A stretch of DNA of 64,000 nt from Ascoidea asiatica JCM 7603 (Eukaryota; Fungi; Ascomycota). The stretch is taken from the NCBI GenBank assembly GCA_001600695.1, contig BCKQ01000001.1, forward strand, positions 734,432-798,431, written 5' to 3'. A program made the position numbers and the translations under genes. Below, one piece after another: positions 1-13,080 of this stretch. The notes under the pieces were generated by a model, which saw nothing but the letters and a program-made list of their open reading frames with translations, made no database searches and was not told where the DNA came from. The first letter of the stretch is position 1. Each line of letters begins with the position of its first letter.

Positions 1-3000
1 GTGTTGGAAGATGATACAATTTTCGATATTACTCTTGGTAACAATTTTTTGCTTGTAAATGGATTCAAAATGGAGTCAAGAATAGTGGATGCTAATGCAA
101 ACGATGGTGCTCCAATTAATATGATAATTTCATTCATGATACCAACCTCTACATCTTTTGAACGAACATATTCTTATATTAAACTTTATCCTAAAACTAA
201 AAACTAATCCATCCAGGATATGCTATAACCAAATCAATAAAAAGTGAATATTATGTTATAAAAAAATCGATAGCAACACCACCTGCAGTGAAAGATATAA
301 GTGAACAAGAATTTTACACAATTTGTCCTCCAGAGCTTCGCGAAGGAATTCGAAAACAAATGTCAGCTGAAATTAAATCAAAGAAATTAAGAGAAGTTTT
401 TAAATTTGAAGGGGACATGCCTGGGAAAACAAAAATAGTTCCAATTCATCTAGAATTCAGCAATATTGAACCATGGCAAAACCATCCATATCCAATACCA
501 CTGTCACTTAAAGCTCAAGCTATCGATCAACTACAGGAAATGGTAACAACCGAGCAAGTGAAACACTCAAATTCTAGTTATAATAATCCTGTCTTCTTTA
601 AGAAAAAACCTAATGGAAAATTGAGAATGCTCGAAGACTTAAAAACAATAAATAAGTATGCTACCAAGGCTGTCGGTCTAAGCCACGCTAGTGAAATGGT
701 GGCAATCGAGTTATCAAACTGTAAGTACGCCACGTTAATCGATTTAACTGATGCCTACTCTCAGCTACCAATTGATTCTTCATTTGGAACAAGAACAGCA
801 TTTTTCTCGCCTTTTGGTCAGTTGAAATATACAACTCTTCCACAAGGATTTGTTAATTTACCTTATTTGTTTATGGATGTTATTATGAAGGATTAGCTAA
901 TTTTGCTGATAAAATTCTCCTTTTTGTAGATGATCTAGCAATTAAAGGTGGTTCCAAAACTATATTAGAGGACCCATATTCTGCCATTGAGCATGTGAAA
1001 ATCGTTGCTAATGTGCTATTAGTCCTAAAGAATAACGGTCTAAAGGTCTCTCCATCAAAATTTTATCTATGCAGTAACAACCTTAAATACTTAGGATAAA
1101 AATTTGAAGATGGTAAAAGCAAAATTCCTCAAGAAGCTGTTGAAAAACTAAAAGAACTAAAAAAACCTACAACTATTAAGGAAGTTCGATCCATTCTTGG
1201 GGTGTTAAATTTTTATCGATCGTTTATAAATACTATTGGTTATATTGCTGAACCATTGTATGCTTTACTTAAAGTTAAATCAAATGTCAAAAATACAACA
1301 AAAATTATCGATTCCTGGGACGACTCGTGTTCAAATGCTTTAGAATTATTAAAATCCAAGGTCATTGCTAATGAAGGGCTTGACGGATATCAAGAAACTC
1401 GAACAACTGCTTTAGTTTGCGATGCTAGCTTTAGAGGTTGGTCTGCTATCTTATGTCAACTTGACATACCTTATATTGACTTTGGGAAGATTGATGCTGG
1501 TATGGTATTAAATGCAAAGAAATTTTTACTAAAGTTTGAATCTGGACATTTTTCTGATGGTGAGAAAAATCGTGCGATTCATGATCTTGAAGCCTTGGCT
1601 ATTAGAAGGGGAATAGAAAGATTCAAGTACTATCTCCCTCCAAAAAGAGTAATACTTCCCGATAATAATGCAGCAGTAAAATCTTTAGATAAAATCAATC
1701 CTGCCGCATTTCCCAATACTATTATCAGCAGGGCTTTCACAGTCATATCTCAATTCAATTATAAAATTTTTCTTATCAAAGGTACAGATAACCCAGCTGA
1801 TATATGGTCAAGAATATCCGAAGTATTTGATCCAGACATAGAAGAATCAACGCAAACGCCAATGATTAAAAGAATTGAGTTGGTACAAAATAACACCCAA
1901 GCAATTGATGAAGTTATTAAATCTTTAGGTATTGTTGGTCTACTTAGCTTATTTCAAGAAGTGAAACAATTTATCGAGAATAATTATGTGAATACAGTAA
2001 AAGGTATCCTAGAAAATGAAATAACAATGTATAAGAACATCCCCTATCAAGATATAATTTTATTTTTAACTACTTATCAGATACCTGTGTGGCTAGATGA
2101 AAATACTACAAACCAATCATTAAACTTTATGTCAAAGAAACAATTTATCTCAATTTGCCTTCAATTGGTGGTAAGTGATATGAAATTATACAAACACTTT
2201 AAAGGAACAATACGTTTAGTTGTTACAAATCCAACTATAATTAGTCTCCTTATTTACTATTACTATGAGGGTCATTCCAGTATTACCTCAATCCACCATT
2301 TAGTTAATCGGAAATATTTTATTCCAAAACTTCTGTATATTATTCAAGAACTTCTTAAAACATGTACTGAATGTCAATTATTCTCTTCAATTCCACCTAA
2401 TAAAATCCCTTTAAATTTTAATATTACTGCAGGAATTTTTAACCGAATTATTGTGGATACTGTCTATCTTCCAGAAGCTTATTATGGATTCCGTTACCTC
2501 ACTCTATTTAGAGATGCTCATACACTCTATGTGGAATTGCTTGCTTCAAAAACATTGAGTTCTAAGACACTATCAAAAATTTTCAGAGAAGAAATAATTC
2601 ATCGATATGGTATTCCTGCTGAGTTGATGTCTGATGGTGGGTCTGAATACAATAATAAAAACTTTGATAATGTGTGTGAAACATATGCTATCCACCATAT
2701 TATAACTTTAAGTTATCATCCACAGAGTAATGGTGCAAGTGAAGCTAGTCACTCTTCTGTTCTGAGACCTTTAATGAAGCTTACTGCAGAAAGATGGTCA
2801 GACAACCTAAGTCTTGTATGTTATTATGATAGATGGACTACTCGACGAAGCACAGGGTATAGCCCAGGATTCCTTACTTTTGGATATGAAGCTTCCGACT
2901 ATATTGATAATATTTTAGATTTATTCAATTCAAAGTTAAACAATTTAACTATAGATCAATGGAGTAGTGCTCGAATAGACGCTTTAAAAACAAAGGATAT

Positions 3001-3280
3001 TATTGAAAAAGTTTCTAAATTAAATTCATTAAAAAGGAAAATAGAGGTAAAACTCAAGTTTGATGAATCATTTAAAGTTACTCTATCAACATTTCAAACC
3101 AATGACTTAGTGATTGTAAGAGGTATGATATGGAATAAGGGAGCTCAAAAAAAGAAATATCCAAAATGGTTAGGCCCTTATAAAATCCATAAAATATTAG
3201 ACAAAACAGTATTTCTAAAAGAACTTACGAAATCTGCTCTCACCAAGCATTACACTATGGATCAGCCCAAATTGTTTTGA
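1..3280 (+). mobile_element. Ty3/Gypsy LTR retrotransposon pol (protease tail-RT-RNase H-integrase), pseudogenised; 5' part lies outside the window
   Basis: Protease-like tail FDITLGNNFL (1-207). RT motifs NPVFFKKKPNGKLRMLED, IDLTDAYSQL, RTAF, LPQG, and FVDD (923-934, after a frameshift near 890), then YLG* (TAA 1097-1099). RNase H CDAS, DLEALAI, NPADIWSR. Integrase zinc finger H...CTEC, D-D-E (VDTV / SDGGSEY / GASEASH) and GPY motif (WLGPYKI). Order PR-RT-RH-IN is Ty3/Gypsy. Lesions near 191-207, ~890 and 1097. Confidence 0.95.
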
Positions 3281-3316
3281 ACTCCAAGTAATGACTCCAA
3301 TTTGGAAACTTTTACA

Positions 3317-3767
3317 AAAGGGTAGTCTGTTAACAGAAATGCTTTAACAGTCATTTCTGACCTCCCTTCCTATAATACTGAGTTATGATCCCGTAATTAT
3401 TTTTGTGTTTCAATTTTTTGTTTCAAATGTTATTATGTGTTTCAATTCTTTGTTTCATATTTTATTACTTGACTACTTTGTTATTTATTTTTTTAAATTT
3501 TAGTGTTTGTTTATTTATTTCTCCATTAGGTAGACCTTTGTTTACATTTCAAAGCCAGCATGATCTATAAAAAGATATTGAAACGATTATAATTATTTTA
3601 ATTTCATTTTAATTTATTTTTTAAATTATTATTAATTTTTATTATTTATATAAGATGTCAAATAACTTAATAATTTCACTTTCCCCTTCCTTAATTTAAG
3701 CAACTAAACAATTTGAAAATAAGTTAGGACTTTATCTGCTTCTTATTTTGCAGTTTTATGTTCAACA
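3317..3767 (+). repeat. Polypurine tract plus probable 3' LTR of the Ty3/Gypsy element
   Basis: AAAAGGGTAG (3317-3325) about 37 nt after the pol stop, followed by TGTTAACA at 3328 (canonical TG start). TATAAAA near 3566. Best TG...CA closure is TGTTCAACA ending at 3767. The right boundary is uncertain because the 5' LTR is outside the window. Confidence 0.5.
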
Positions 3768-6063
3768 TAAGGACACGACTTTTTTTATTGATAATTCAAG
3801 TGATATTTCTATTATTAATAAAACTAAAAGAATGTTTCAAAACTCAATGAATGCAAGTGCAAATCATATAATCATTTCAAAAAAAAAAAAAAAACAATTT
3901 ACTATAAGAAGCTTTAATCTTTTTTTTTTTTTCTTTTTAATTTTATTAATTTTTGAATTATCATCATTCAATTTGTTTTTAACAACCTCAACTTATTAAT
4001 AAATATTATTTTTTTATATTGAATTAAAAAAATCTGACTTTTGTAAGCAATACCACGGATTTTTAATTACTTATGTATTGACACTTTTCTGTATGTCACC
4101 TTAATTAGAGCAAAAAGAAGTAAATCTTATTAGAAATTACGAGTCAAAGTAGATTAATTATACAATAAATCAATTATTTACAATCGGTAGAAGTCAAATT
4201 ATAAATAAGTTCTAAGTAAGATTAGATTTGCTTGAAAGAAAAATTCAGTAGCTTCTGCTAGTTGTGAAGCTCATTTACCTCACACAACAAGTTTTATAAA
4301 GAATGCAATTGGTAAGATTAACTTGATAATTATGAATTTAATAATTTGAATAATACTCAGTGATTTTTATTGAAAAGTAAAAAGCTACACACTTATTACG
4401 CTTATTTTTATTTTCTCAGTAGCAATGCATGCTTTTCCAATTCTATTTCATTAAGTAAAAAAAGAGATTGACTATGTTAAGATCCTGTTATTCCAAGCTT
4501 TAACTTGCTCACAAAGTATACAATTGAATATTTTGTAAAACAAGCTTATTTACGGAAAGGTCAACTTCAGGAATTAGAATTAATTTAAGAGATTCAATAA
4601 ATAAGTAAATATTAACTTATACTATCGCTTTTATGCAATAACATTTGCTTTACTTGAACTATGTAAAATAAACTTTTATTTTAGTTTAGTTGCAACTTAA
4701 TTAAAACTAAATATTTCATTTTCAATTTTTTCTTTTAGCCAAAAGTATAAACTGAAATATTTTTAATCAATTTTTTTTTTTGAATATTCTCTTTTTCTTT
4801 TTTTTTTTTTCTTATTAATAACTTCAGTAAATCTACACACATTTGAGCTACTCTTATTCACAAAACTAAAGTAACTGATCTTCATTGATTAAGTTACTAG
4901 TTGGAGAATACAGTATTATCTTGCACTTTCATTGGTTACCTTGGAAAGATTAATTTGCTTGCATTTCAATTCATTCTTGCGTTACCGGTATGATATAATT
5001 ATTCTAAATTCCCAAAAAAAATGCTTTATTCTACAAATAGAAAATTATGTAAAAAATTTTAAAATGTTAGTATAACTTTTATATTATTGGATGCTACTCT
5101 TAGACTTTTACACAGTAATAGGCTAGTGCAGTACTTTGAAGTATTTTTATTATTAATGTTTTTCATATTATGTAAAGTTTATAAAAATAAAAATAAAAAT
5201 AAAATTTTTAACCAATTTGTCTTAGATATTATTTTTGTTAGAAAATAAATTCAAATATAGTAACACTACTAGTTATCAAGAAAAAAATCTTCCCAAAGTA
5301 AATCTTCAACCTCTTGAAAACTTTTTGAATTTATATTTTTTTGTATTAAGAATCTGAAGATTATTCATTAAAAGTTTTTAAAATGTTTGTAAAATAGTTG
5401 TAACGTTGAAAAAAATTGAATTAAACAACTCGTCACATTGATGGTTCTTGCTTATGCTACCAATAGTGTACAAAAAAATTGTTTACGTTATACTTGAATT
5501 TTTGCTCATTTACTTAAAAGAAAAAAAAATTTTAGTTGCATAGGTTACTTTATTCAATAAAGACGAGTAAAAAGTGAAACCAATTTTTGAACTCATTTTG
5601 ATTGATTTGATATTCGAATAGTGTCTTAATTCATTGTTAAAATCTAATTTATAAGAAGTTAATTGCACGAAGACTGTGCAAATAGTGTACTGTGGATTAT
5701 TATTAAAAAATTGAAATTTTTTTTCTTCTGAACTGAAATAATTAATACAACTCGTAGTCTACAATAATTTTAAAATTTAATACAGTACACAGATCTTTTA
5801 CAAGATACGAGCTCACCAAAAAATTTCAATATATATTAAACTATTTCCCCTTCCTAATGAACATCATTAAACTTTTGTCATTTGTTTCTACTTTTTTGAT
5901 ATTACTAAGAATAACTTCTAAAAATTTGTAATACTAGTATATATAAATATATAGCTATTTATATTCAAGAAATATAATTATAAACCAGGTTACTATAAAT
6001 TGTATTGATAATACAACTCAAAAGAACTACGAAAATATATATCCCCTTTATCAACCTAATAAG

Positions 6064-8406
6064 ATGTCATCGTCAATAAACATGACTGAGCCATTTACAT
6101 TATCTTCTTTACCTATCAATATTGAATATCAAATACCTGAAAATATGGTTGAAAATTTTCCTAGTCCTACTCCAATAAGTCAATTATATTCAAATTCCAA
6201 CATATCAAGTGAACAGATTCATAGCCAAAATCAAAAACAAAATCAGACCCAGAATCAAACCCAAAGCAATAATCAGAATCAAATTTTCGCAAATCAGCAA
6301 ATTCAGGGTATAAATACATCTCAGAACCAATCACAAAATCAAGATAAAGCCCAAATTACAGCGTATTCATCAAACCCAAACACATATGCCCCAATAAATA
6401 CCGAAGCAGTTTCTTCCTTTACATTAATATCTGACCAATTAAACAATCAGCTAACAGATAATTTTACCAATCAAAATAACAATATCGATTTCAATTTCAA
6501 TAATTTACCTCTTTCCAATAATATTCTGACAAACTTTAGTAATATCAATAATGATAATACTTCCAATGGTTTCAATAATGTAACTAGAAATCAGACCAGC
6601 ATCTGTACTAAGAACAATGGGGAAATAATGGAAGAAAATATCAATAATTCTCTCCAAGATAGTTCAAGCAATATTAATATAAATACTGGAAATGATAATT
6701 TGAATTTGAATTCAAGTGTTAATCTTGCTTCAGGATTTTCGAATGCTGGTGGTTGCAGTAGCCTCATCTCTTATACAGATTCAAACTTGGTTTCGAATCT
6801 AGGTGCAATTCAGGATATTCTGGCAATAAGATCTTCAGTTGATGAAGTTTATTCAAAGGTAAGTCAGCTTGAGGGTAAAATGCAAGAGAATGATAAAACA
6901 TATTCGCTGATTCTAAAGCAATTGAAACTACAGAATGTTTTGTTTCTTGAATTTTTCAAATCTCAAAATGATTCATCTTCAAAAATATTTAATAAAATGA
7001 AAAATCTAACAGATTCAATAGATGAAGAATCCTCTATATCAGGTAAGAAGTATGAATCAAGACACTCTAGTCTGCATTTCAAAAATAATAATAACAATAA
7101 TAACATGGAAAATGATACAAACAACAAAAGTTTCAGCTCGAATAATAAAGAAAAGTTTGATATTGACTTAGCTTCAACAATAAACTCCAATGGCAGCATT
7201 CATTCTAACTTTTCCAAAAATCTATCTTTTCGAAATTATGGATCATTGTCGAGTGATTCTCTGATAATTCAAACAAATTCTCCCAGTCTTTCTTCTCCAG
7301 CTAGTTCAATTGACTCATTCTATGTTTATCAGGGAACTAAGGATGCATTCAAAATAAACTTCAATAATGTTACCAATAATAGTCTTAGTCTTAAAAATAT
7401 CAATGGTTGGAAAACTAATAATGGTCTAAATAATATGGTAAACTTGAACAGTATTTCTTCAAATAATTCCGATAAATGCTATACTGACAATCAAGTATCT
7501 TATAAAGACAATAAAAATGATAATAAAAATAACCGACAAAACCAAACACCTATAGATAATAATTATCCAGATAAAGAAGTTATAGCAGGAAATTCCAATT
7601 TTTCTGAAGACTCCCAAAAAATCAATTCAAATTCAGAAGAAAATATACACAATAGCTTGAAAAATAATCAAAATGATAACATTACATCCAAGAAAAGTAA
7701 ACAGAATAAAACAACAAAAGCACTCAACATGCTAAAAGATTTATCAACTACCGATGTTAATATTATTGAATCTAAGAGAAAAATTGAACAAGGTCCACGT
7801 ATTTTAAAAGGAAAAAAATGTTTAGAATTAGGTGAAAATAATTCTGAGACTGAGATTTTATCTTCAACTTCAATGAATAAAGGTAGAAAAAATAGATTTG
7901 TTTCAAAGATTATCAACTCGAATGTGTCTCCTAATTTGAATTTAAATTTAAATTCATCTACAAGAAGTTTAAGTAGTAATAGTCCCAAAACTGTTTTATT
8001 CAATTCTAATGGTAATGGTAGAAAAAGACTGTCTACTACAGAAAAGGACTCACAACCATTATACAAATTACTTAAATTATCTGATTCTATTGATGATATA
8101 ATTCGAGAATATTTATATGGTATTAATGGTGGACCTTCAATAAAATCACTTGAATTAACACATGGACCAAGATGGCGTGGAGGTGCTCATCATCCAGTTT
8201 CAAAGAAATATGGTAGAATGAAATCAATTTATCATGCAGTTGAAGTTGGATTAAAAAAGGGCTTTGATGTTCCTGAAATAGTTGAAAAGCTTGAAGGAAG
8301 AAGAAAATACTATAGAGATGGGGTTGCTTTAAAGAAAAGTATAACGTGGTTACAGGATAATGTTCCCGAGGAGTTGATAGAAGAAATATCAAATAATTCC
8401 TGGTGA
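6064..8406 (+). CDS. GCR1_C-domain transcription factor (Msn1/Hot1-like)
   Basis: C-terminal YKLLKLSDSIDDIIREYLYGINGGPSIKSLELTHGPRWR...KKYGRMKSIYHAVE matches the Gcr1/Msn1/Hot1 DNA-binding domain. Short central coiled coil (VDEVYSKVSQLEGKMQE), N/Q/S-rich linkers. Confidence 0.85.
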   Translation: MSSSINMTEPFTLSSLPINIEYQIPENMVENFPSPTPISQLYSNSNISSEQIHSQNQKQNQTQNQTQSNNQNQIFANQQIQGINTSQNQSQNQDKAQITAYSSNPNTYAPINTEAVSSFTLISDQLNNQLTDNFTNQNNNIDFNFNNLPLSNNILTNFSNINNDNTSNGFNNVTRNQTSICTKNNGEIMEENINNSLQDSSSNININTGNDNLNLNSSVNLASGFSNAGGCSSLISYTDSNLVSNLGAIQDILAIRSSVDEVYSKVSQLEGKMQENDKTYSLILKQLKLQNVLFLEFFKSQNDSSSKIFNKMKNLTDSIDEESSISGKKYESRHSSLHFKNNNNNNNMENDTNNKSFSSNNKEKFDIDLASTINSNGSIHSNFSKNLSFRNYGSLSSDSLIIQTNSPSLSSPASSIDSFYVYQGTKDAFKINFNNVTNNSLSLKNINGWKTNNGLNNMVNLNSISSNNSDKCYTDNQVSYKDNKNDNKNNRQNQTPIDNNYPDKEVIAGNSNFSEDSQKINSNSEENIHNSLKNNQNDNITSKKSKQNKTTKALNMLKDLSTTDVNIIESKRKIEQGPRILKGKKCLELGENNSETEILSSTSMNKGRKNRFVSKIINSNVSPNLNLNLNSSTRSLSSNSPKTVLFNSNGNGRKRLSTTEKDSQPLYKLLKLSDSIDDIIREYLYGINGGPSIKSLELTHGPRWRGGAHHPVSKKYGRMKSIYHAVEVGLKKGFDVPEIVEKLEGRRKYYRDGVALKKSITWLQDNVPEELIEEISNNSW

Positions 8407-11100
8407 AATTTGTTCAAAAAGTATAATATTCAGTTCTTTCGATATGATTTTACGTTTTTTTTCTTTTGTAAAAAATATTATTATGTGTTGTTATAAATTA
8501 TTATCATAGACTTTTTTTTAATTTTGATTTCTATCATTATATTTCATTATCTTTTATATTCTTTTATTTTTTCTTTATTTATTCTATTGTTACCTAAAAA
8601 GTTTCAATCTGCTAGTTCTATTCTTATTTTTTTTAATATTTTGTGATATACTTTTGTTGTCTTTTAGATTATTCATTTCAATTATGTTTTTTATATTTTA
8701 TCCTTTTTGTTGTTTTTTAACAAATTTTATGCAAATAATAATAAATTTATCCCTCTTTATTCATTTCTTTACATATATTGAATAAAATAGTTGTATCGTG
8801 ATTATAATTGAATACTTTACTAATAATAATAATTTAATAATAATAGTGATGAAAATTAATAGAAATGTAATTATGGGTTAATAATTCATAAATTATTCAA
8901 TAAAAGTTGAGATTTTATAACATAATGAAACAGAAATTCAATTAAATTACATATTTTCTTTTAAAATATAACTAAAAAAAAAATTAATATTGATAGTAAC
9001 AATATTGTAATGGTTATAATTATTCCAGAAACTTCAAAATCATTTTCATAATAATTTTAGCTTTTAATTTTTATTTATTAAACTTTTGAGTACTTGTAAA
9101 AAGGATTTTTTTTATGAAATGTTAGCTTTTATGTTTTAAACGTCATTAATATCGCCTAAGATATATACTTTTTATAGTAAATTCATACTCTTTCAGAACA
9201 TTAATTAATGAAAATAGAACATGATAGTAATATTATAAATGGCTTAGAGATTATTTATTTCTTGAAAATTTAAATTTGAGTAAAAAAGATCTTTACAATA
9301 GTTTACTTAAGTATAAGGAAACTTTTTCTTAAAGTTGAAGCAATTTTTAGATTTATTTCTTTTACTAGTGGAACTTAAGAATAAGTAAAAAACAATTTAC
9401 AAATAAGAACCTTTAGGTATAATTAACCGAATCAATGTTGAATATTTTTTATCTCTCCAAAATAAAGTGTGTGAATCTTTGGATTAAGAAATGGAATTTT
9501 GAATGATCTACTGTATTTATTGACTGTATCAGTAGTAAAGTTGATGAGAAAAGATAAATCCAAGAGATTTTAAGACTATGCCCACTAATTAGTGGGCGTA
9601 CAATTATCTCAAAATGGCATTTTTAATATTTTTATCATAAAATATTGCAACAATGTAGTCTAAAATAGAATATCAAACTCTTTTGAAACACCGGTGATTC
9701 TCATAACAATTTAAGAAGACAAAAGAAACCAAAAGCTTGAGAAAAAGCATATTAGTCGTGGAATATTCTATCTTATAACAACATAATTTTCAATAATGAT
9801 TAATTAGTAAGAAATTATTAATAGTTTGTGAAAAGATCGACTGCAATGAGTGGGCTATATTTTTTAAAAAGGGCTATCACTCCATATCACACTCCATTTC
9901 TCACTTGATTCTGGCTTCATGTTGTCTTCAAAGTGAATTCAAAATGAATTCATATATGGGGCTATTTATGAAAAAGCTGTAGCCATTTTATGCATTCACA
10001 AAACTTTAGCAGTGCCATAACGCAGCCACCGTTTTAAGCGTAGATGCAGGCACCTGGTGGGCAAATGAACTTTAAAAAACAGAGCGCCCAAATATCACAG
10101 GTTTTGTCCCGTTTCTCAAAGCACGCTGCATGATCTAGCAGATGATTTGCACTCTTTACTTGGCTAAAATGCAGATCTGTTAGGTTATGAGGGCTTCGGC
10201 AGATTAACGTTTCTCACTGTCAAAATAATTCAATGGTTCAATTCGCCCAAATCCGCTGGCTGGAAATTTCAAACTAGTGGCTGAGCAAGTGACTGATAAT
10301 TGTAGAGGTGTTTTAAAAGCGCAATTGTGGCTTGATTAGGGGCTAAAATATGTGGCGGTGCTTGAATCATCTGATTTACCCAAATTAAACCCACTGCGCT
10401 GGTTTCAAGTGATTCTTCTCGGATGACACGCGGCAAACACGAGAATAACCGAAACAAATTTCATCGTCCAGAAAACTGAGTCACTGATTGTTTGGTAATA
10501 TTCAAATATGAGTTAAATTCAGAGATAATTTTGTTCTAGAAATAGAAATATTCATGATCATAAACGAAATTGAAATAATGTTAGATAATATTCTTACTTA
10601 TTCATCTTAATTCAATTCCTGAAACTATTCTTCTTCAACTAAAGTCATTGTGATTTTGGTTTTACTCCTTGGGTCAAATATTAATAGTTATTTGGCATAT
10701 TCAATTCTCCTTTTTTTCTTTTGATTCAACAATAATTTATTGAACACATTCATCAAACATATCTTAATTTCCAACGATTGTTTCATCACTTTTCTTCTCA
10801 AGATTATTTTGTTAGTGTTGTATTTAACTCTTAAAAGGATCTAGGTTTCTAAAGAACAACTATACTTTAAATTAATATATTCTTAATTTTTGTCTTGTTG
10901 GAGTTTATCCCCCTTTTTCTTTTTTTCTGTTTTCTATTAAACAAACAAGATTTCCTTTAAAGAAGATTACTTTAAAATCAATTCAAATCAATACATTTCA
11001 TATCAGTTCAATTCAAGTTTCCAATAAATTAAAATCAAGCTCGTATTATAACTAAAATTCAATCTAATTATAACTAAACCAGAGATTTGAAGAAATAAAA

Positions 11101-13011
11101 ATGAGAATTCAAATTAATTCATTTTATTTCTTATTTTATATATTCACTTCAGTAATTTCTTTAATAACTTATGATTTGGATAATGAAAATTCTCCAGACT
11201 TATGGTCTTTAAATGATAAAAAACAATTTTTAAATGATAGACATTTTACTCAAAGTCAACTAATTTTTAAAAATGCAAAACAGATAAATAATTTAACTGA
11301 AAGTGAATGGAAAAATTTAACTTCATATTATAAAGATGACTTTTATAATTTTAATTCTTTAAAAAATTTATCAAATTCAAATCTTGAATTATTTGAAAAG
11401 AATATACAATCAAAATTTTATAATAATTTAAATGAATTTTATAATAAATTCATTAATTTTTTTGATAAATCTTCACAACCAATAGATATTTCTTCAAAAA
11501 TTCTAATTAAAACTGAAGATGATAAAAAGTTTTATTCAAATCATAAATTAATCTTTAAAGAAGCATATGGTAAAAATTTTAAATATTGGTTTTTTGAATC
11601 TTGGTATAAATCTGAACTTTTAGATATTTTAAATCAAAATTCAATCAATATTTCCAATGAAGTTTTTTCAAATTCAACAAGAGATGATTTGATTGAAATT
11701 ATATTAAATAATTGGGATAAAATTATTCAAAATCAAGCAAGTTTTGATTCTTCATCTGGTAATTATCCCGGTTTATGGTTATTAAATACTTGGACAACTT
11801 CTGATTTAAAAAAATGGTTAAGTTTTTATAAAATTTCTGATTTTGATCCTGAAAAGTTTTATACAAGAAATAAATTAATTCATTTAGTTAGAATTAATAT
11901 TTTTAAAGTTTCAATGTATCTTCAAAGTATAAAAATTTCATTTATTTCAGATTTTTTAAAATATTCAGATTTATTTAATGATGATATAAATATTAATGAG
12001 ATTTTTAATATTGATGAAAGTAATAAAGATTTAATAAAATTTTTAGAAATTATTGATAAATCTGAAATTTATGAATATTTATTTACAATTCATGGTTTAC
12101 CAATTGAACATTCAGATTCTATTCAAGATAATCTTGAATTAATTAAACCATATATTTCAAAAATTTTATCAAATGATTTAAATTTATGGTCAAAAGTTTT
12201 TACATATTCAACTTCTGCAATTTCACCAATTATTTCAAAAGAACAAAATAATTTAGGATCTTTAATTTTATCCAATTTTCAAAATCAATTTTCTTTAATT
12301 TTTGGTAATTATGGTACAGAAAGAAATTTTTTAATTGATGGAATTTCAAATTGGTCTTTATTAAGATTAAAATCATTTATTGAATTTCATGATTTATATA
12401 ATAAAATTTCAAAAGATAAATTAGATTTTGCAACAAAATGGGATTTAATTAAAATTATATGTTTAAATAAAAATTATTTTTCAAAACCCAAAATTTCAGA
12501 TATTTCATTTATATCGCCACTTTTATTATCAAAAAAATTAATTAAACAAATAAATAAATCAGTTGATATTAAATACATTTTTAATCTTTGGATGGATGAA
12601 ATTAAATCAAATTATAATTCAATTGATATGTTAGAAAATGAAATTTATAAAAAATTTGGTTTTTATATAAAAGGTAATTATAATGATAAATTAAGTTTAG
12701 AATATAAAACAAATTCAGAAATCACTAAAAAATATTTATCAGATTTATTAATTAAAAATACATTATGGTATTTATTTGGAGATTTTGAAAATTCCTTAGA
12801 TTTTGAAAAAATTTCTATTATCAATGACAATGTTATTAATGATACATTTAATATAACAAATGATATGAAAAAGGATGAAAATAAGGAAGATGTTGAATCA
12901 TTTATTTTAATACCGGATGAAAAAGATGAAGAAGTTAAATCAATTTTTGAAGTGACTAGTTCTAAAAAACATAAAAAAAATCCAATGTCAAGAGATGGTT
13001 CTGATCTTTAA
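11101..13011 (+). CDS. MSC1: Ish1-repeat ER/nuclear-envelope lumen protein (Msc1-like)
   Basis: N-terminal signal peptide. Repeated W-S/T-x-x-D/E-L-x-x-W/F-L motifs (WSLNDKKQFL, FESWYKSELLDIL, LNTWTTSDLKKWL, NWSLLRLKSFI). C-terminus GSDL resembles a degenerate HDEL. Confidence 0.65.
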   Translation: MRIQINSFYFLFYIFTSVISLITYDLDNENSPDLWSLNDKKQFLNDRHFTQSQLIFKNAKQINNLTESEWKNLTSYYKDDFYNFNSLKNLSNSNLELFEKNIQSKFYNNLNEFYNKFINFFDKSSQPIDISSKILIKTEDDKKFYSNHKLIFKEAYGKNFKYWFFESWYKSELLDILNQNSINISNEVFSNSTRDDLIEIILNNWDKIIQNQASFDSSSGNYPGLWLLNTWTTSDLKKWLSFYKISDFDPEKFYTRNKLIHLVRINIFKVSMYLQSIKISFISDFLKYSDLFNDDININEIFNIDESNKDLIKFLEIIDKSEIYEYLFTIHGLPIEHSDSIQDNLELIKPYISKILSNDLNLWSKVFTYSTSAISPIISKEQNNLGSLILSNFQNQFSLIFGNYGTERNFLIDGISNWSLLRLKSFIEFHDLYNKISKDKLDFATKWDLIKIICLNKNYFSKPKISDISFISPLLLSKKLIKQINKSVDIKYIFNLWMDEIKSNYNSIDMLENEIYKKFGFYIKGNYNDKLSLEYKTNSEITKKYLSDLLIKNTLWYLFGDFENSLDFEKISIINDNVINDTFNITNDMKKDENKEDVESFILIPDEKDEEVKSIFEVTSSKKHKKNPMSRDGSDL

Positions 13012-13032
13012 TTTATCTTTAATTTATATTAA

Positions 13033-13080
13033 ATTATCTTTAGATTATCTTCAGATTATCTTCAGATTATCTTTAGATTA
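13033..13080. repeat. 11-bp minisatellite (ATTATCTTYAG)x4
   Basis: Directly visible just downstream of the MSC1-like stop. Confidence 0.9.

Noticed and set aside
10235-10248. GGTTCAATTC B-box/tRNA T-loop-like word
   Set aside because: No T-stem pairing, D arm or acceptor stem. I found no tRNA gene in the window.
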